Shown here: positions 26,864 through 40,369 of the stretch, one piece after another
How positions within the stretch are numbered: the first letter of the stretch is position 1
How the letters are laid out: every line of letters begins with the position of its first letter
Assembly: GCA_951406725.2 (NCBI GenBank)
Contig: OX597823.1
Location: 10,912,001-10,976,000 of the forward strand
Direction of reading: 5' to 3'
From: Octopus vulgaris
Lineage: Eukaryota
DNA length: 64,000 bases
Notes under the pieces: generated by a model
Seen by the model: the letters and a program-made list of their open reading frames with translations, nothing else
What the model was told of the DNA's origin: nothing
The model's database searches: none
Made by a program: the position numbers and the translations under genes

Positions 26864-27259
26864 CTAGCAGTATCGCCCGGCGTTGCTCGGAATTGCAAGG
26901 GAAATAACTATATAAGCATTTTTAGAGATGTAAAGTATAATAGCCATCTCAATATGGTTAACCACAAAGGGGGTGGGTGTTACTGTAGCTTTTTACGTTC
27001 TGAGATTTAATAATAAATTTTTAGAGAGTTACTTCCCTTATATATGCCAAAAATGCATTAAAGATGGGAAAAATTCATGGTAATTTTTTTTTTAAATCGT
27101 AGACTCATCGTAGACGCGCGCTAATAACCAGAAGGGCTCGATATGAATCATGACTATAAGATACCCGGTTTTGGTTAAATTGCACCGCAAAATGTGGGAG
27201 TAGTTAGGAATCTAAATCGTAGGAGACAGACAGCACACAACCTCACTTTTATATATAAA
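26864..27259 (-). mobile_element. Non-autonomous Helitron-like element (module A + X) with a different middle segment
   Basis: ctagcagtatcgcccggcgttgctcgg terminus; shares atcgtagactcatcgtagacgcg...gcaccgcaaaatgtgggag with 8391. Confidence 0.78.
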
Positions 27260-27266
27260 TATATAT

Positions 27267-27464
27267 TGTTGTAAGACAAAGCACCACATGAGGACGGTCG
27301 GGATACCGCAAGACGCCGACTACTTCCGGCTCCAGATTCTAGCCATCCTCCAATAGCAACATTTTGGTAGAATTCAGTACTGGCCCTTTCGAACAAGCTT
27401 CATCACACGCATGTATCCTTCAGCAAATTTGATTGAGGGCATTACCTACATCTTCACTCTTACA
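27267..27464. mobile_element. Possible solo LTR, about 200 bp
   Basis: TG...CA ends with inverted termini tgtaaga/tcttaca; atat on both flanks; GC-richer than surroundings; no second copy in window. Confidence 0.3.
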
Positions 27465-27773
27465 ATATTATGCTAAACGTTATGCTGAACTTCTTCACTT
27501 TATGCTAAACTAAAACATTCTGATGAGGTCTTCTTTGGAGAGATAAAGTCGTGATTAGAATATTTTCAATCGTGCCCGCAACAGAACTACAGGAATCGAA
27601 AGAGCATTGGACAAAATATTCAGTGGTGATTATCCTTTTAATTTCTGAATGCCAACCCCAGCATCGCTCATCATTTAGGTTTTATCTTCCTAGTCTTCCT
27701 GGGGTCAGTAATCACTGATACTTATGAAATACTGGGTTCAACTGACGAATGAGGTATCTGTATCTGTTTGGAA

Positions 27774-28247
27774 GGCGGTGCGCTGGCAGAAACGTTAGCA
27801 CACCGGGCGAAATGCTTAGTGGTATTTCGCCTGCCGCTACGTTCTGAGTTCAAATTCCGCCGAGGTCGACTTTGCCTGTCATCCTTTCGGGGTCGATTAA
27901 ATAAGTGCCTATTTCTTTATTACCCACAAGGGGCTAAACACAGAGGGGACAAACAAGGACAGACATAGGTATTAAGTCGATTACATCGACCCCAGTGCGT
28001 AACTGGTACTTTATTTATCGACCCCGAAAGGATGAAAGGCAAAGTCGACCTCGGCGGAATTTGAACTCACAACGTAACGCAGACGAAATACCGCTAAGCA
28101 TTTCGCTCGGCGTGCTAACGTTTCTGCCAGCTCGCCGCCTTAAATAAGTACCACTTACGCACTGGGGTCGATATAATCGACTTAATCTGTTTGTTTGTCC
28201 TTGTTTGTCCTCTCTGTGTTTAGCCCCTTGTGGGTAATAAAGAAATA
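27774..28247 (+). mobile_element. Nin-domain SINE carrying a full-length antisense copy (27910-28139)
   Basis: Outer TSD ggtat(c/a)tgtatctgtttg at 27753-27770 and 28248-28265; inner TSD ttaaataagt(g/a)cc at 27897-27909 and 28140-28152. Confidence 0.92.
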
Positions 28248-28745
28248 GGTATATGTATCTGTTTGTTTGATCATCTAGAAATAGAAGCCAGAATACCTTA
28301 GAATAAGCTCTATCATTGTAAGAGAAGAAACTAATAAAGGTAGGATAAGTCTGAAATAAAACCAAAAGATGGAATGGTTATGGCAAGGATGATATCTGTT
28401 ACTCTAATTTTACTTGGGTGTTGATTTGGAGTTAAACGATAACTAGTATAATTGATTAAATCCTCGATAGTCCTATTCAGCTAAACATGTGCTCTTGTGA
28501 TACTATACCACCAACTCGTTAATTAATCATTTATCGATACACTGGTGTTACGGAAGCATTAAAGACACAAATCCTGAAACTTGAGAGAAGATTATACTCG
28601 ATTATGATCGCTCCCCCCCCCCACTATCATCAGTTCCTGACTGGTTATGTTATCGACCTCAGAAGAATAAAATACAAAGCTGGCTATAGCAGGATTCGAA
28701 ATCAGAACATAAAGAAGAGTAAATGAATATGTTGTGAGACATTAT

Positions 28746-29133
28746 GGATGGAGGCACTCCGTCGGTTACGACGACGAGGGTTCCGGTTGATCCGAATCAA
28801 CGGAACAGCCTGCTCGTGAAATTAATGTGTAAGTGGCTGAGGACTCCACAGACACGTGTACCCTTAACGTAGTTCTCGGGGATATTCAGCGTGACACAGA
28901 GAGTGACAAGGCCGGCCCTTTGAAATACAGGTACAACAGAAACAGGAAGTAAGAGTGAGAGAAAGTTGTGGTGAAAGAGTACAGCAGGGATCACCACCAT
29001 CCCCTGCCGGAGCCTCGTGGAGCTTTAGGTGTTTTCGCTCAATAAACACTCACAACGCCCGGTCTGGGAATCGAAACTGCGATCCTATGACCGCGAGTCC
29101 GCTGCCCTAACCACTGGGCCATTGCGCCTCCAC
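28746..29133 (-). mobile_element. OR-type SINE, long variant
   Basis: TSD ttgtgagacattat at 28732-28745 and 29134-29147. Confidence 0.93.
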
Positions 29134-29817
29134 TTGTGAGACATTATATCTGACGTTCTTCTAATACTCTCATTCCACCTCGCTGGCGTTTTAGAGATTC
29201 TGCTAATCAAGTAAGATACCAAAAATATTTCCAAATTTTCGATGAATGTGAATAAAATCTACAACAGAAATACTTGTCTACACAACACTTCTACAGCTTC
29301 TTCAAATCACTGAGAATGCTATTTCTAATATCAGAGTTAAAATACTAAAAATTTTGTAAGTTATTGTTCTTACTGTTGTTCACGATGGCTGTTTTTAAAA
29401 GTTTTCTAATTCAAAATAAAAGTGCGTACGTGTAAACCGAAAGAAAACTTAAGAAATGAAACCAGGTCATGAGAGAAAATTTTTGTCATAAATCAAGCAA
29501 ACACGCGCACACACACACACGCAGATTATATCTTATATCTAAGCTTAAGCACACATATTCATTTATATATATATACTCACTCATACGTGTACCTATGTGT
29601 GTATCTGTGTTTATGAGTGTGCGCGTTTGTGAGTTTCTGCTGATGTATGTACTAAATAAATAAACAGTTTATATGGTGAAGGGTAAAAATTGTGTGAAAA
29701 TATATTTCAAAAGATAAGCTGCCCCTTAAAGTAAAGATCGGGTCAGAGACTTAACACTTCTGCGCAAAAAATATAGAATTGATAATAATAATTATCGTTA
29801 TTATCATTTCTTTTATT

Positions 29818-30142
29818 CTTAAAGACTCCGCCGGTTACGACGACGAGGGTCCCAGCTGATACGATCAACGGAACAGCTTGCTCGTGAAATTAACGTGAAA
29901 ATGGCTGAGCATTCCACAGACACGTGTACCCTTAACATAGTTCTCGGGGATAATCAGCGTGACACAGAGTGACAAGGCTGACCCTTTGAAATACAAGTAC
30001 AACTCATTTTTGCCAGCTGAGTGGACTGGAGCAACGTGAAATAAAGTGTCTTGCTCAAGGACACAACGCGTCGCCGGGAATCGAACTCACAACCTTACGA
30101 TCATGAGCCGAATGCCCTAACCACTAAGCCACGCGCCCTCAC
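29818..30142 (-). mobile_element. OR-type SINE, short variant (different head, same 3' half)
   Basis: Head gtgagggcgcgTGGCTTAGTGG...GAGTTCGATTCC; gtgtccttgagcaagacac; TSD tttcttttatt. Confidence 0.92.
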
Positions 30143-30685
30143 TTTCTTTTATTAACCACAAGGAAATAGATGTGGGGAGACATCACAAGGACAGTCTACA
30201 GTTTTTGTGGGTTGGGTTTTGCATAAGATGTAGGAAGGAAAAAGGATAAGACTGCGAAAGGAGATAAAAGTATAAGTAGTATGCAAATGTTGTGATAACA
30301 TGAATGTGCAGTCCTCTTGATATAGGAAAAACGTTGACTAGAGACAGCCAAGGAACACCGCAGATCCGGGATTGTGTAAAGCCTTGAATTATAATGTACA
30401 AAGAACGAAGCGATCCGTATCAGTAAAATCATCTTTATTAATCTAACGAGAAACATTTATTCGACATTTGTGAGGGAAATGGCAACAAAAGGTCGAATGC
30501 AAAATACTTGGGCGGGGGAAGGGGTTAAACAAATAGAAAACTCTTGCAGAATCTCCGAAAGATTTACTAAAAGAAAAGCAAACCTTCAAGAAAATGTCTT
30601 AAAGGTAGAAAAGTAGAAAACTGCTGCATCACATCTTTCCGAAGTTATTAGTTGAAAACTTTTACAGGTCACCGCGAAAGCATAA

Positions 30686-31094
30686 TCTCTCTATATATAA
30701 ACGGCAGTTTGCCTGCCTGTGTGTCTGTGTGGCTGTCAGGTTGTACCCTTACCCTGACCACGGCTTTCAACCGATTCTGATGAAACTTGACACCACACAT
30801 AGCCCAATGTCATAATTCAAAACTAACGCAGTGAAAATTTTGAAAAGCTCCCCCAGTTCTGACAAAAATCGATAAATTCGACATGGGGTCGAGAATCTAA
30901 GCTTTTATATGCAACACATTTTCTGTCGGGAGACAGCTAGGAACATCGTATACATAGAAGTATTCGAGTGAAGAGAAGACATTGCAACCTACACATGCGC
31001 CTTCGTTCCCTAGAGGGAAAGAACTAGATTGGGATTAGTCGTTGCCTACTAGGGGGCTCTTACATACCCGGGCAACGCCGGGCTATGCTGCTAG
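30686..31094 (+). mobile_element. Non-autonomous Helitron-like element (5' module B, 3' module Y)
   Basis: a|TCtctctatatataaacggcag; matches 11380 up to ggggtcgagaat, then differs; ends cccgggcaacgccgggctatgctgCTAG|t. Confidence 0.8.
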
Positions 31095-31831
31095 TCTTAT
31101 GATAAATGAGTGGACAATACCCCAGTGGATAATAAAAGGAAGAATTTGAGTGATGCTAAAAGACAAATTGGAAGGAGCGTTGCCTCATATTATCAACGAA
31201 TTACTTGTCTTACATATTTGAGAAAATTCTTTATAGAAATAATTGCAGAAGACTTATACCAAATTTCAACGAGAAACAATTAATGTCTGATGAATAAAAA
31301 ATGTCAAAAAAACAAGACAACGAAAGACCAATTAATAAACGAAAGACTAATTAATGAACAAAAAAATGATCATGAATAATCGTAGAAAGAGAATGCTCTC
31401 ACTTAGCGAATATAGTGAGTGTGCGCGTAGTTTTCCTTTGACACAGTAAAAACACAACTATCTTCAAGTTTGATCTTTTAATAAAATATTTCTCCTACTT
31501 CTTTCTTCGTTCATTATATTTTGTTTGGAGCAATGATCTATTAACGTTTCGATTCTTTTGTAATCCTCTTTTGAAAATGAAGCGATGATATTAATGTCAA
31601 GTTGTCCGCGCATTCTACAATGAATATAAAGAAGTATACAACGATTATTCGTGGAAATGTTATAAACACGTATACACACACACATGTACATATACATATA
31701 CTTACATACATATTTCTTTCTCTCTCTCGTTCAACCTCTCTCTTTCTCTGTCTTTCTGTCTCTGTCTCTCTGTCCCTTTCTCTCTCTCGAGATGTGTGTG
31801 TGTGTATGTATGTATACATATGTATACATAT

Positions 31832-32080
31832 GAATGGATGGATGGATGGATGGATGGATGGATGGATGGATGGATGGATGGATGGATGGATGGATGGATG
31901 GATGGATGGATGGATGGATGGATGGATGGGTGGATGGATGGATGAATGGATGGATGGATGGATGGATGGATGGATGGATGGATGGATGGATGGATGGATG
32001 GATGGATGGATGGATGGATGGATGGTTGGATGGATGGATGGATGATCGATGGATGGATGGATCGATCGATCGATCGATGG
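31832..32080. repeat. (GGAT)n microsatellite
   Basis: Seen directly. Confidence 0.97.
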
Positions 32081-32081
32081 A

Positions 32082-33074
32082 CAGGGTGCCCGGACTAAAT
32101 TTGACGATTTTATGTCTCACTTTTCAGGGTCAGCTTGATGTATCGGTGAACAGTCAACAGCATTGGAGAGCATAACAATTTAAAGATGTAGCTGATAATA
32201 GTTAGCTGGCACGTAGGACTGGAAGACAACTAAATATTTGGAAAATAGGTCGTCTGCATCACGATGATTCCTGCCAGGTATCAAAATGCCGACGCTATGA
32301 CTGATCTTGAATGCTTTGCGAACACTGTAGAAAATGTATAGTGAGGGCGCGTGGCTTAGTGGTTAGGGCATTCGGCTCATGATCGTAAGGTTGTGAGTTC
32401 GATTCCCGGCGACGCGTTGTGTCCTTGAGCAAGATACTTTATTTCACGTTGCTCCAGTCCACTCAGCTGGCAAAAATGAGTTGTACTTGTATTTCAAAGG
32501 GCCGGCCTTGTCACTCTCTGTGTCACGCTGATTATCCCCGAGAACTACGTTAAGGGTACACGTGTCTGTGGAATGCTCAGCCATTTGCATGTTAATTTCA
32601 CGAGCAGGCTGTTCCGTTGATCGTATCAGCTGGGATCCTCGTCGTCGTAACCGGCGGAGTCTTTTAAGAAACTGTAGGACGTGCCACAGACAGATGCAAC
32701 GGAGATTTTAGAACCGTGACCAGGAGACGTTCGCATGCCGGAGTTCATCCCCACATCTTTAAGCAGGGCCTTTAGCTCAATTCAGACGGTTATGCGAAGA
32801 TGCCGGAGACCGTGGTAAATTCCCAGTTAGGGAGGGTCGCCGCTGGGGTGTCATATGTGTGGCAGCGAGATTCGACTCCTTGTCATACTTCCAGAAAGAG
32901 AATCTCTACGATTTCATCAACCCCTATTTTTACTCTCCTAATCCCTCCGATTATAATCCCTTTGATTATTATTATTATTATGTAAGGGGCACTGTTGAGA
33001 AAGATACCAAGGCTGAATTGATAGCCAAGACTAAGGGGTTTTTTCAGGAATCCCCCAGTGACACACTGAGGAAG
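32082..33074 (+). pseudogene. Degenerate Tc1/mariner (maT-like) transposon and transposase remnant, interrupted by a SINE
   Basis: Left TIR-like cagggtgcccggactaaatttgacgattt; peptides PHIFKQGL*LNSDGYAKMPETVV, YVWQRDSTPCHTSRK, YSPNPSDYNPFDYY..VRGTVEK (WPPNSPDxNPxDY-like); ends at the ATGT array. Confidence 0.75.
32341..32666 (+). mobile_element. OR-type SINE, short variant
   Basis: Inverse of 29818-30142; degenerate TSD agaaa(a/c)tgta. Confidence 0.92.
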
Positions 33075-35689
33075 GTATGTATGTATGTATGTATGTATGT
33101 ATGTATGTATGTATGTATGTATGTATGTACGTATGTATGTATGTACGTATGTATGTATGTATGTATGTATGTATGTATGTATGTATGTATGTATGTATGT
33201 ACGTATGTATGTATGTACGTATGTATGTATGTATGTATGTATGTATGTATGTATGTATGTATGTATGTATGTATGTATGTATGTACTATGTATGTATGTA
33301 CGTATGTATGTATGTATGTATGTATGTATGTACGTATGTATGTATGTATGTATGTATGTACGTATGTATGTATGTACGTATGTATGTATGTATGTATGTA
33401 TGTATGTATGTATGTATGTACGTATGTATGTATGTACGTATGTATGTATGTATGTATGTATGTATGTACGTATGTATGTATGTATGTATGTATGTACGTA
33501 TGTATGTACGTATGTATGTATGTATGTATGTATGTATGTACGTATGTATGTATGTATGTATGTATGTATGTATGTATGTATGTATGTATGTATGTATGTA
33601 TGTATGTATGTATGTATGTATGTATGTATGTATGTATGTACGTATTATGTATGTATGTATGTATGTATGTATGTATGTATGTATATATGTACGTATGTAT
33701 GTATGTACGTATGTATGTATGTATGTACGTATGTATGTATGTATGTACGTATGTATGTATGTATGTATGTATGTATGTATGTATGTACGTATGTATGTAT
33801 GTATGTATGTATGTATGTATGTATGTATGTATGTATGTATGTATGTATGTGTGCATGTATGTATGTATGTATGTATGTGTGCATGTATATATGTATGTAT
33901 GTACGTATGTATGTATGTATGTATGTATGTATGTATGTATGTATGTATGTATGTATGTGTGCATGTATGTATGTATGTATGTATGTGTGCATGTATGTAT
34001 GTATGTATGTATGTATGTATGTATGTATGTATGTATGTATGTATGTATGTATGTATGTATGTATGTATGTATGTATGTATGTATGTATGTATGTATGTAT
34101 GTACGTATGTATGTATGTATGTATGTATGTATGTATGTACGTATGTATGTACGTATGTATGTACGCACGTATGTATGTATGTATGTATGTATGTACGTAT
34201 GTATGTATGTATGTATGTATGTGTGCATGTATGTATGTATGTATGTATGTGTGCATGTATGTATGTATGTATGTATGTATGTATGTATGTATGTATGTAT
34301 GTATGTACGTATGTATGTATGTATGTATGTATGTATGTACGTATGTATGTATGTATGTATGTATGTATGTATGTATGTATGTATGTATGTATGTATGTAT
34401 GTATGTATGTATGTATGTATGTATGTATGTATGTATGTATGTATGTATGTATGTATGTATGTATGTATGTATGTATGTACGTATGTATGTATGTACGTAT
34501 GTATGTATGTATGTACGTATGTATGTATGTATGTATGTATGTATGTACGTATTATGTATGTATGTATGTATGTATGTATGTATGTATGTATGTATATATG
34601 TACGTATGTATGTATGTACGTATGTATGTATGTATGTACGTATGTATGTATGTATGTATGTATGTATGTATGTATGTATGTATGTATGTATGTATGTATG
34701 TATGTATGTATGTATGTATGTATGTATGTATGTACGTATGTATGTATGTATGTATGTATGTACGTATGTACGTATGTATGTATGTATGTATGTATGTATG
34801 TGTGCATGTATGTATGTATGTATGTATGTATGTATGTATGTATGTATGTATGTATGTACGTATGTATGTATGTATGTATGTATGTATGTATGTATGTATG
34901 TATGTATGTATGTATGTATGTATGTATGTATGTACGTATGTATGTATGTATGTATGTATGTATGTATGTATGTATGTATGTATGTATGTATGTATGTACA
35001 TATGTATGTATGTATGTATGTATGTACGTATGTACGTATGTATGTATGTATGTACGTATGTATGTACGTATGTATGTATGTATGTATGTATGTATGTATG
35101 TATGTATGTATGTATGTATGTATGTATGTATGTATGTATGTATGTATGTATGTATGTATGTACGTTGTATGTATGTACGTATGTATGTATGTATGTACGT
35201 ATGTATGTATGTATGTACGTATGTATGTACATATGTATGTATGTATGTATGTACGTATGTACGTATGTATGTATGTATGTACGTATGTATGTACGTACGT
35301 AGGTATGTATGTATGTATGTACGTATGTATGTATGTATGTATGTATGTATGTATGTATATATGTATGTATGTATGTACGTACGTATGTATGTATGTATGT
35401 ATGTATGTATGTATGTACGTATGTATGTATGTATGTATGTACGTATGTATGTATGTATGTATGTATGTATGTACGTATTATGTATGTATGTATGTATGTA
35501 TGTATGTATGTATGTACGTATGTATGTATGTATGTATGTATGTATGTATGTATGTATTTATGTACGTATGTACGTATGTATGTATGTATGTATGTACGTA
35601 TGTATGTATGTACGTACGTATGTATGTATGTATGTATGTACGTATGTATGTATGTATGTATGTATGTATGTATGTACGTATGTATGTAC

Positions 35690-35720
<31 letters not shown>

Positions 35721-35745
35721 TGTATGCATGCATGCATGTATGTGA
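33075..35745. repeat. 2.7-kb (ATGT)n array with variant units
   Basis: Seen directly; source of the 966/886/741-aa ORFs. Confidence 0.98.
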
Positions 35746-36440
35746 GTGTATGTGTGTGAATGGATGGATGGGTGGATGGACGTTGGGAGAAAGTGAGATG
35801 CTGAGTGGATGGGTACTTTATCCTGTGTCTGCATCTCCAGCTAATCGAATAAGACTTAACATAATGATCGATGTTCCATTTGGATTTTTGATAACGTCAA
35901 ACGTTAACAAACCCAGAATTTCTCTCTCTCTCTTCTCTCACATTTCTGTTGATATTCAAGATGAACATGTGAAAAAAATCAACCTCCCCGGTCTCGACCT
36001 TACAAGAATTTGTCCCCATTCTTTTCTCCTCTGACTTATTTATTAAAGAAAAGTACAAAAGTAGAATACATGATGTAACTTAATTTGTGAGAACTAACGT
36101 TCTATCTAGATTCTTCAAACAGATTTGAGTAATTAATTAATTTTCGTTGGGTAATGATTTTCTTCAACGCATAACAGGAAGCTGAAAGTTCTCACCATTG
36201 GTGGATAGATTTCTTTCGATAACTATCATAACTAATACACAAGCGCAAAACAAAACTTTGCACTGCGCCCATGTTTGAAATTTAATATAGTACATTACTT
36301 TAATTTGCTGACAGAGAAAAAAACAGCAACAATCACTTGTCCTTGAGTTTTGTTCAGAATGTAATGTCACACCCGAGCTGTGTATGGAAGACCCGAATAT
36401 CAATTCCAAACATTTGTAATACAATAATATTTAGTTTATA

Positions 36441-37070
36441 GAGTGGCAAGCTGGCAGAACCGTTAGCACACTGAGCGAAATGCTTAGCGGTATTTCGTCT
36501 GACGTTATGTTCTGAGTTCAAATTCCGCCGAGGTCGACTTTGCCTTTCATCTTTTCAGGGTCGATAAATTGAGTACCAGTTATGCACTGGGGCCGATGTA
36601 ATCGATTTAATGTCCTTGTTTGCCCCCCCCTCCTATGTTTAGCTCCTTGTGGGAAATAAAGAAATAAGAATCGTTAGCACACTGGGCGAAATGCTTAGCA
36701 GTATTTCGTCTGCCGCTACGTTCCGAGTACAAATTCCGCTGAGTTCGACTTCACCTTTCATCTTTTCGGGGTCGATTAAATAAGTGCCAGTTATGCACTA
36801 GAGTCGATATAATTACTTAATCCGTTTGTCTTTCCTTGTTTGTCCCCTCTGTGTTTAGCCCCTTGTGGGTATTAAAGAAATAGGTATTTCGTCTGCCATT
36901 ACATTCTGAGTTCAAATTCCGCCGAGGTGGACTTTATCTTTCATCCTTTCTGGGTCGATTAAATAAGTACCAGTGAAACACTGGAGTCGATGTAATCGAC
37001 TTAATCCGTCCCTTTGTCTGTCCTTGTTTGTCTCCTCTAAGTTTAGCCCCCTGTTGGCAATAGAAAAAAA
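36441..37070 (+). mobile_element. Nin-domain SINE tandem trimer
   Basis: Three bodies; junctions aaagaaata-agaatcgttagc (about 36667) and aaagaaata-ggtatttcg (about 36883). Confidence 0.88.
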
Positions 37071-37430
37071 ATAATATTTATTTAAATTATAATATTTATT
37101 TAAAATAGCAGAAGGTCTGATGTTTAAAATTAGCGTCTAGCAGTAAAGCTTTATCATGTTTATGAGAAACATTTCCACAGAATAAAATGCAATCTAGTGC
37201 TGTTCATGCCGCTCCTAAAACATTATTGTTTGATAATCCTTTATCCAAATTTTTTTCAGGCTCCAAAATGATTGCATTTTTAAAACAGGACGGTATTGGG
37301 ATGGGACCCTGGCCTAAATACTTCGTCAATTTCTATTATTACACAGCCTGTGCTGTGGTGGTAATTGTATCCAAAAGCTATATGCTGTACAATTAACTTT
37401 TAAAATTTTATAATAAATTTTATGCGTATA

Positions 37431-37836
37431 GGCGCAGGAGTGGCTGTGTGGTAAGTAGCTTGCTAACCAACCACATGGTTCCGGGTTCAGTCCCACTGCG
37501 TGGCATATTGGGCAAGTGTCTTCTGCTATAGCCCCGGGCCAACCAATGCCTTGTAAGTGGATTTGGTAGACGGAAACTGAAAGAAGCCTGTCGTATATAT
37601 GTATATATATATGTGTGTGTGTGTGTATGTTTGTCCCCCTAGCATTGCTTGACAACCGATGCTGGTGTGTTTACGTCCCCGTCACTTAGTGGTTCGGCAA
37701 AATAGACCGATAGAATAAGTACTGGGCTTACAAAGAATAAGTCCCGGGGTCGATTTGCTCGACTAAAGGCGGTGCTCCAGCTTGGCCGCAGTCAAATGAC
37801 TGAAACAAGTAAAAGAGTAAAAGAGAGTAAAGAGTA
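37431..37836 (+). mobile_element. OK-type SINE, full-length young copy (~405 bp)
   Basis: A box tggctgtgtgg, B box ggttcagtccc, tail ggcggtgctccagc.tggccgcagtcaaatgactgaaacaa(gtaaaaga)n. Confidence 0.93.
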
Positions 37837-37989
37837 TTTGTGTATATTCGTGTACATAAGTGCTCACACACTCAAACATGCGCGCTCGCACACAGAGATA
37901 AGGACACAAACCAAATTTGAATGATCTTTCAAGTCACATGCGGATCATTAACACTGGTTTATATCTTAACAGTCTCTTTTTAATTTTAT

Positions 37990-38631
37990 ATTCTGCCAAA
38001 ATGTTTTGATCTGTGATAAACGCACGATGTTGAAGTCCTTCAATGAGTTCACGATTCCACTCCATCAACACTCAATGAACATCATGTTTGCTGTATTCAA
38101 AAGTTTTCCTATTTTTCATAAACAACCCTTCATCATTGTCCTCAAAGAAAAAATCATCAGTTTGTCTTTGCTAAGTTTACATATAAACGTTGTTCCAACA
38201 CCAAACTCCTCAATTAGACGTTTTTGAATCCACTGCTGTAAAGTTTTTCCGACGACATGATTTTTAAATGGTCGATGTTTCATCATTTTATATTTTATAT
38301 TTTTTTGCACTATTACTTCAGGAGATATCTACAGGCTATTTCGAAAGAGTTCTGCGCAAATCATGTGCTGAGCTTTTCACATGCGCTGGTATGGCTGTGA
38401 TAGCTATTGACAATAAACTGGCGGTGATTTGATTGAGCTTGACTGGGTTAAGCAAGTATACAAATGAAAAAGGTGGTAGCATTCCCAACAGCTGCCAATC
38501 CGACGCAGGACACGCAGCAACTGAGTATGACCCGCTGAGTATCATCTTCTGAACGTGTTCTAGAACTTTTCATTTGTGGCGTTTCTCTCATTCGAAAACT
38601 TTCGGAATCGGGAATTTGGGATATCAACTTG
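37990..38631 (-). mobile_element. Old pogo/Tigger-like DNA transposon remnant
   Basis: - strand TA-caagttgatatcccaaattcccg...acgccacaaatgaaaagttc end; peptides LIEEFGVGTTFICKLSKDKL and MKNRKTFEYSK resemble a CENP-B-type HTH transposase N-terminus. Confidence 0.6.
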
Positions 38632-38664
38632 TATTGACATATTTGTAGTGAAATGATTATATTA

Positions 38665-38814
38665 TTAATAAATCTCTGAGCGAGGTATAGACAGTAGCTG
38701 CACGACATCGGGAAGTATATTTGCCACTTAAATGTGGATAACCCCTAAGGGTGGATGCTACTGTAACTTGTAGCCCCAGGGGTTAGCCACATTTAAGTGG
38801 CAGGTATACTTCAC
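38665..38814 (-). mobile_element. Short TSD-flanked retroposon-like element with internal inversion
   Basis: TSD gattatatta at 38655-38664 and 38815-38824; same head (gtga.gtatac.tg.ca) and tail (tatacctcg.tcagagatttatta) as 43310; internal IR 38712-38746/38778-38812. Confidence 0.7.
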
Positions 38815-39209
38815 GATTATATTACTATTATTGTAATATTAGCTTGTATCACAAATTCAGATTACTGACTCTCCCCCTATTATTCTCTTCCTAATATAAT
38901 ATAAGTTTCCAATTTATACACAAGGCCAGTAATTTCGGAGTAGGGGTTAAGTCGATTACATCGACTCTACCGTTGAACTGGTACTTTTTTTCTGGCGCAG
39001 TAACGATTCTGCCAGCTCACCGCCTTCTTCATAATGTAATGTTAATATCGTTTCACCTCGATTTTATACCAACTGATGACTTATACATGTAGTCACATAA
39101 ATTACATGTAGTGCTATAAATTACAAATAAAATGTCTCTGTATTTTTAGAGAGGAAAGTTAATAGACGATATTCATACCTTTTCCAATGTCTTTCTTTTT
39201 ATAAAAAAA

Positions 39210-39730
39210 CTAGCAGTATCGCCCGGCGTTGCTCGGGTTTGTAAGGGAAATAACTATATAAGCATTTTTAGAGAGTTACTTCCTTTATAGATGCCAATTC
39301 GGGCTTTCTTAGCCATTTCTGTTTTGGTGTCTTCAAGCCATGAAGTCGTTGTTCTAAAAGAACGCTGGTCTCCTTGACAACGCATTACGACGTTGATTTC
39401 CTTAAACTCCCTTCCCCACAGCTTCACGAGGGAGGGAAGAAGGGGGAGAAGCAAACACAGGTGCAGGTGTTTGAGCGTGGACGCCAACTCCGCAGCCATC
39501 GACACACGAAAAATTATGCATTAAAATGGAATAAAAAATAATGTTAAATTATTTTTAAAATCGTAGACTCATCGTAGACGCGCGCTGATACTCAGACGGG
39601 ATCGATATTAATCACGACTATAAGATACCCGAATTTGGTTAAACTGCACCGCAAAATGTGGGAGGAGTTAGGAATCTAAATCGTAGGAGACAGACACTCA
39701 CACAACTACAGTTTTATATATATATATAGA
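39210..39730 (-). mobile_element. Non-autonomous Helitron-like element (A + X)
   Basis: Near-identical to 8391-8903; TC start and CTAG end on - strand. Confidence 0.82.
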
Positions 39731-40369
39731 TGTACGATTTGAGGGAGATTAGGCAGCTATTCTACTAAAGTGAGCACAATCACGCAGAGGCCATATCACT
39801 GGTTTACAAATAGGAGGTTTCGGGAACTGAACATCATTTGCAGATGGGTATAACATTTTCCCGTTGATTGCATTGCAGTAACAAAAATGCTACACAAAAT
39901 GAAGTTCCCATTAATGTCATATAGTTTGAAGGGAGGAGTGAGAGATGTTTTTAACGTTCATATCTTTCGCACGAGAGATAGTGTATAATTAGTATTGTAA
40001 GGGAAATGAAAGAGTTTCAACTTAATATTGAAGCAGATTCGGAATCTTAGATTACCGTAACCGTATCTCGGTTTTAAGTAATATTGATCCTTTAATTAAA
40101 TGCGACATCAACTTACATTTCATGAAGATATGAGTTGTGTATATTTATTTAATGCTCCATCTTCACACTATCATACATTTCCTGTCACGGATACTTAGAA
40201 AAAAAAAAGTGAAAGTTGACGTAGAAAGGTCTTTAATTGATAATTTGGAAAGATTAAATCAAATAAATAGTTTTGATTTTGACATTTCAATGTCACATTT
40301 ACTACTAAACGTGCAATGACTATCGAACGTAGGTAAACAAATTGAGCTTCGAGTTATTTTCTTTTACAC

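Noticed and set aside
27519-27545. ctgatga motif as a hammerhead core
   Set aside because: No stem II closed by GAAA and no stem I pairing.
21766-29049. Near-identical 61-67-aa ORFs repeated three times, resembling a gene family
   Set aside because: They lie wholly inside OR-type SINE copies.
32859-35759. 966-aa ORF and overlapping 886/741/587-aa ORFs
   Set aside because: Translations of (ATGT)n, which lacks stops in these frames; the non-repetitive start is a decayed transposase fragment.
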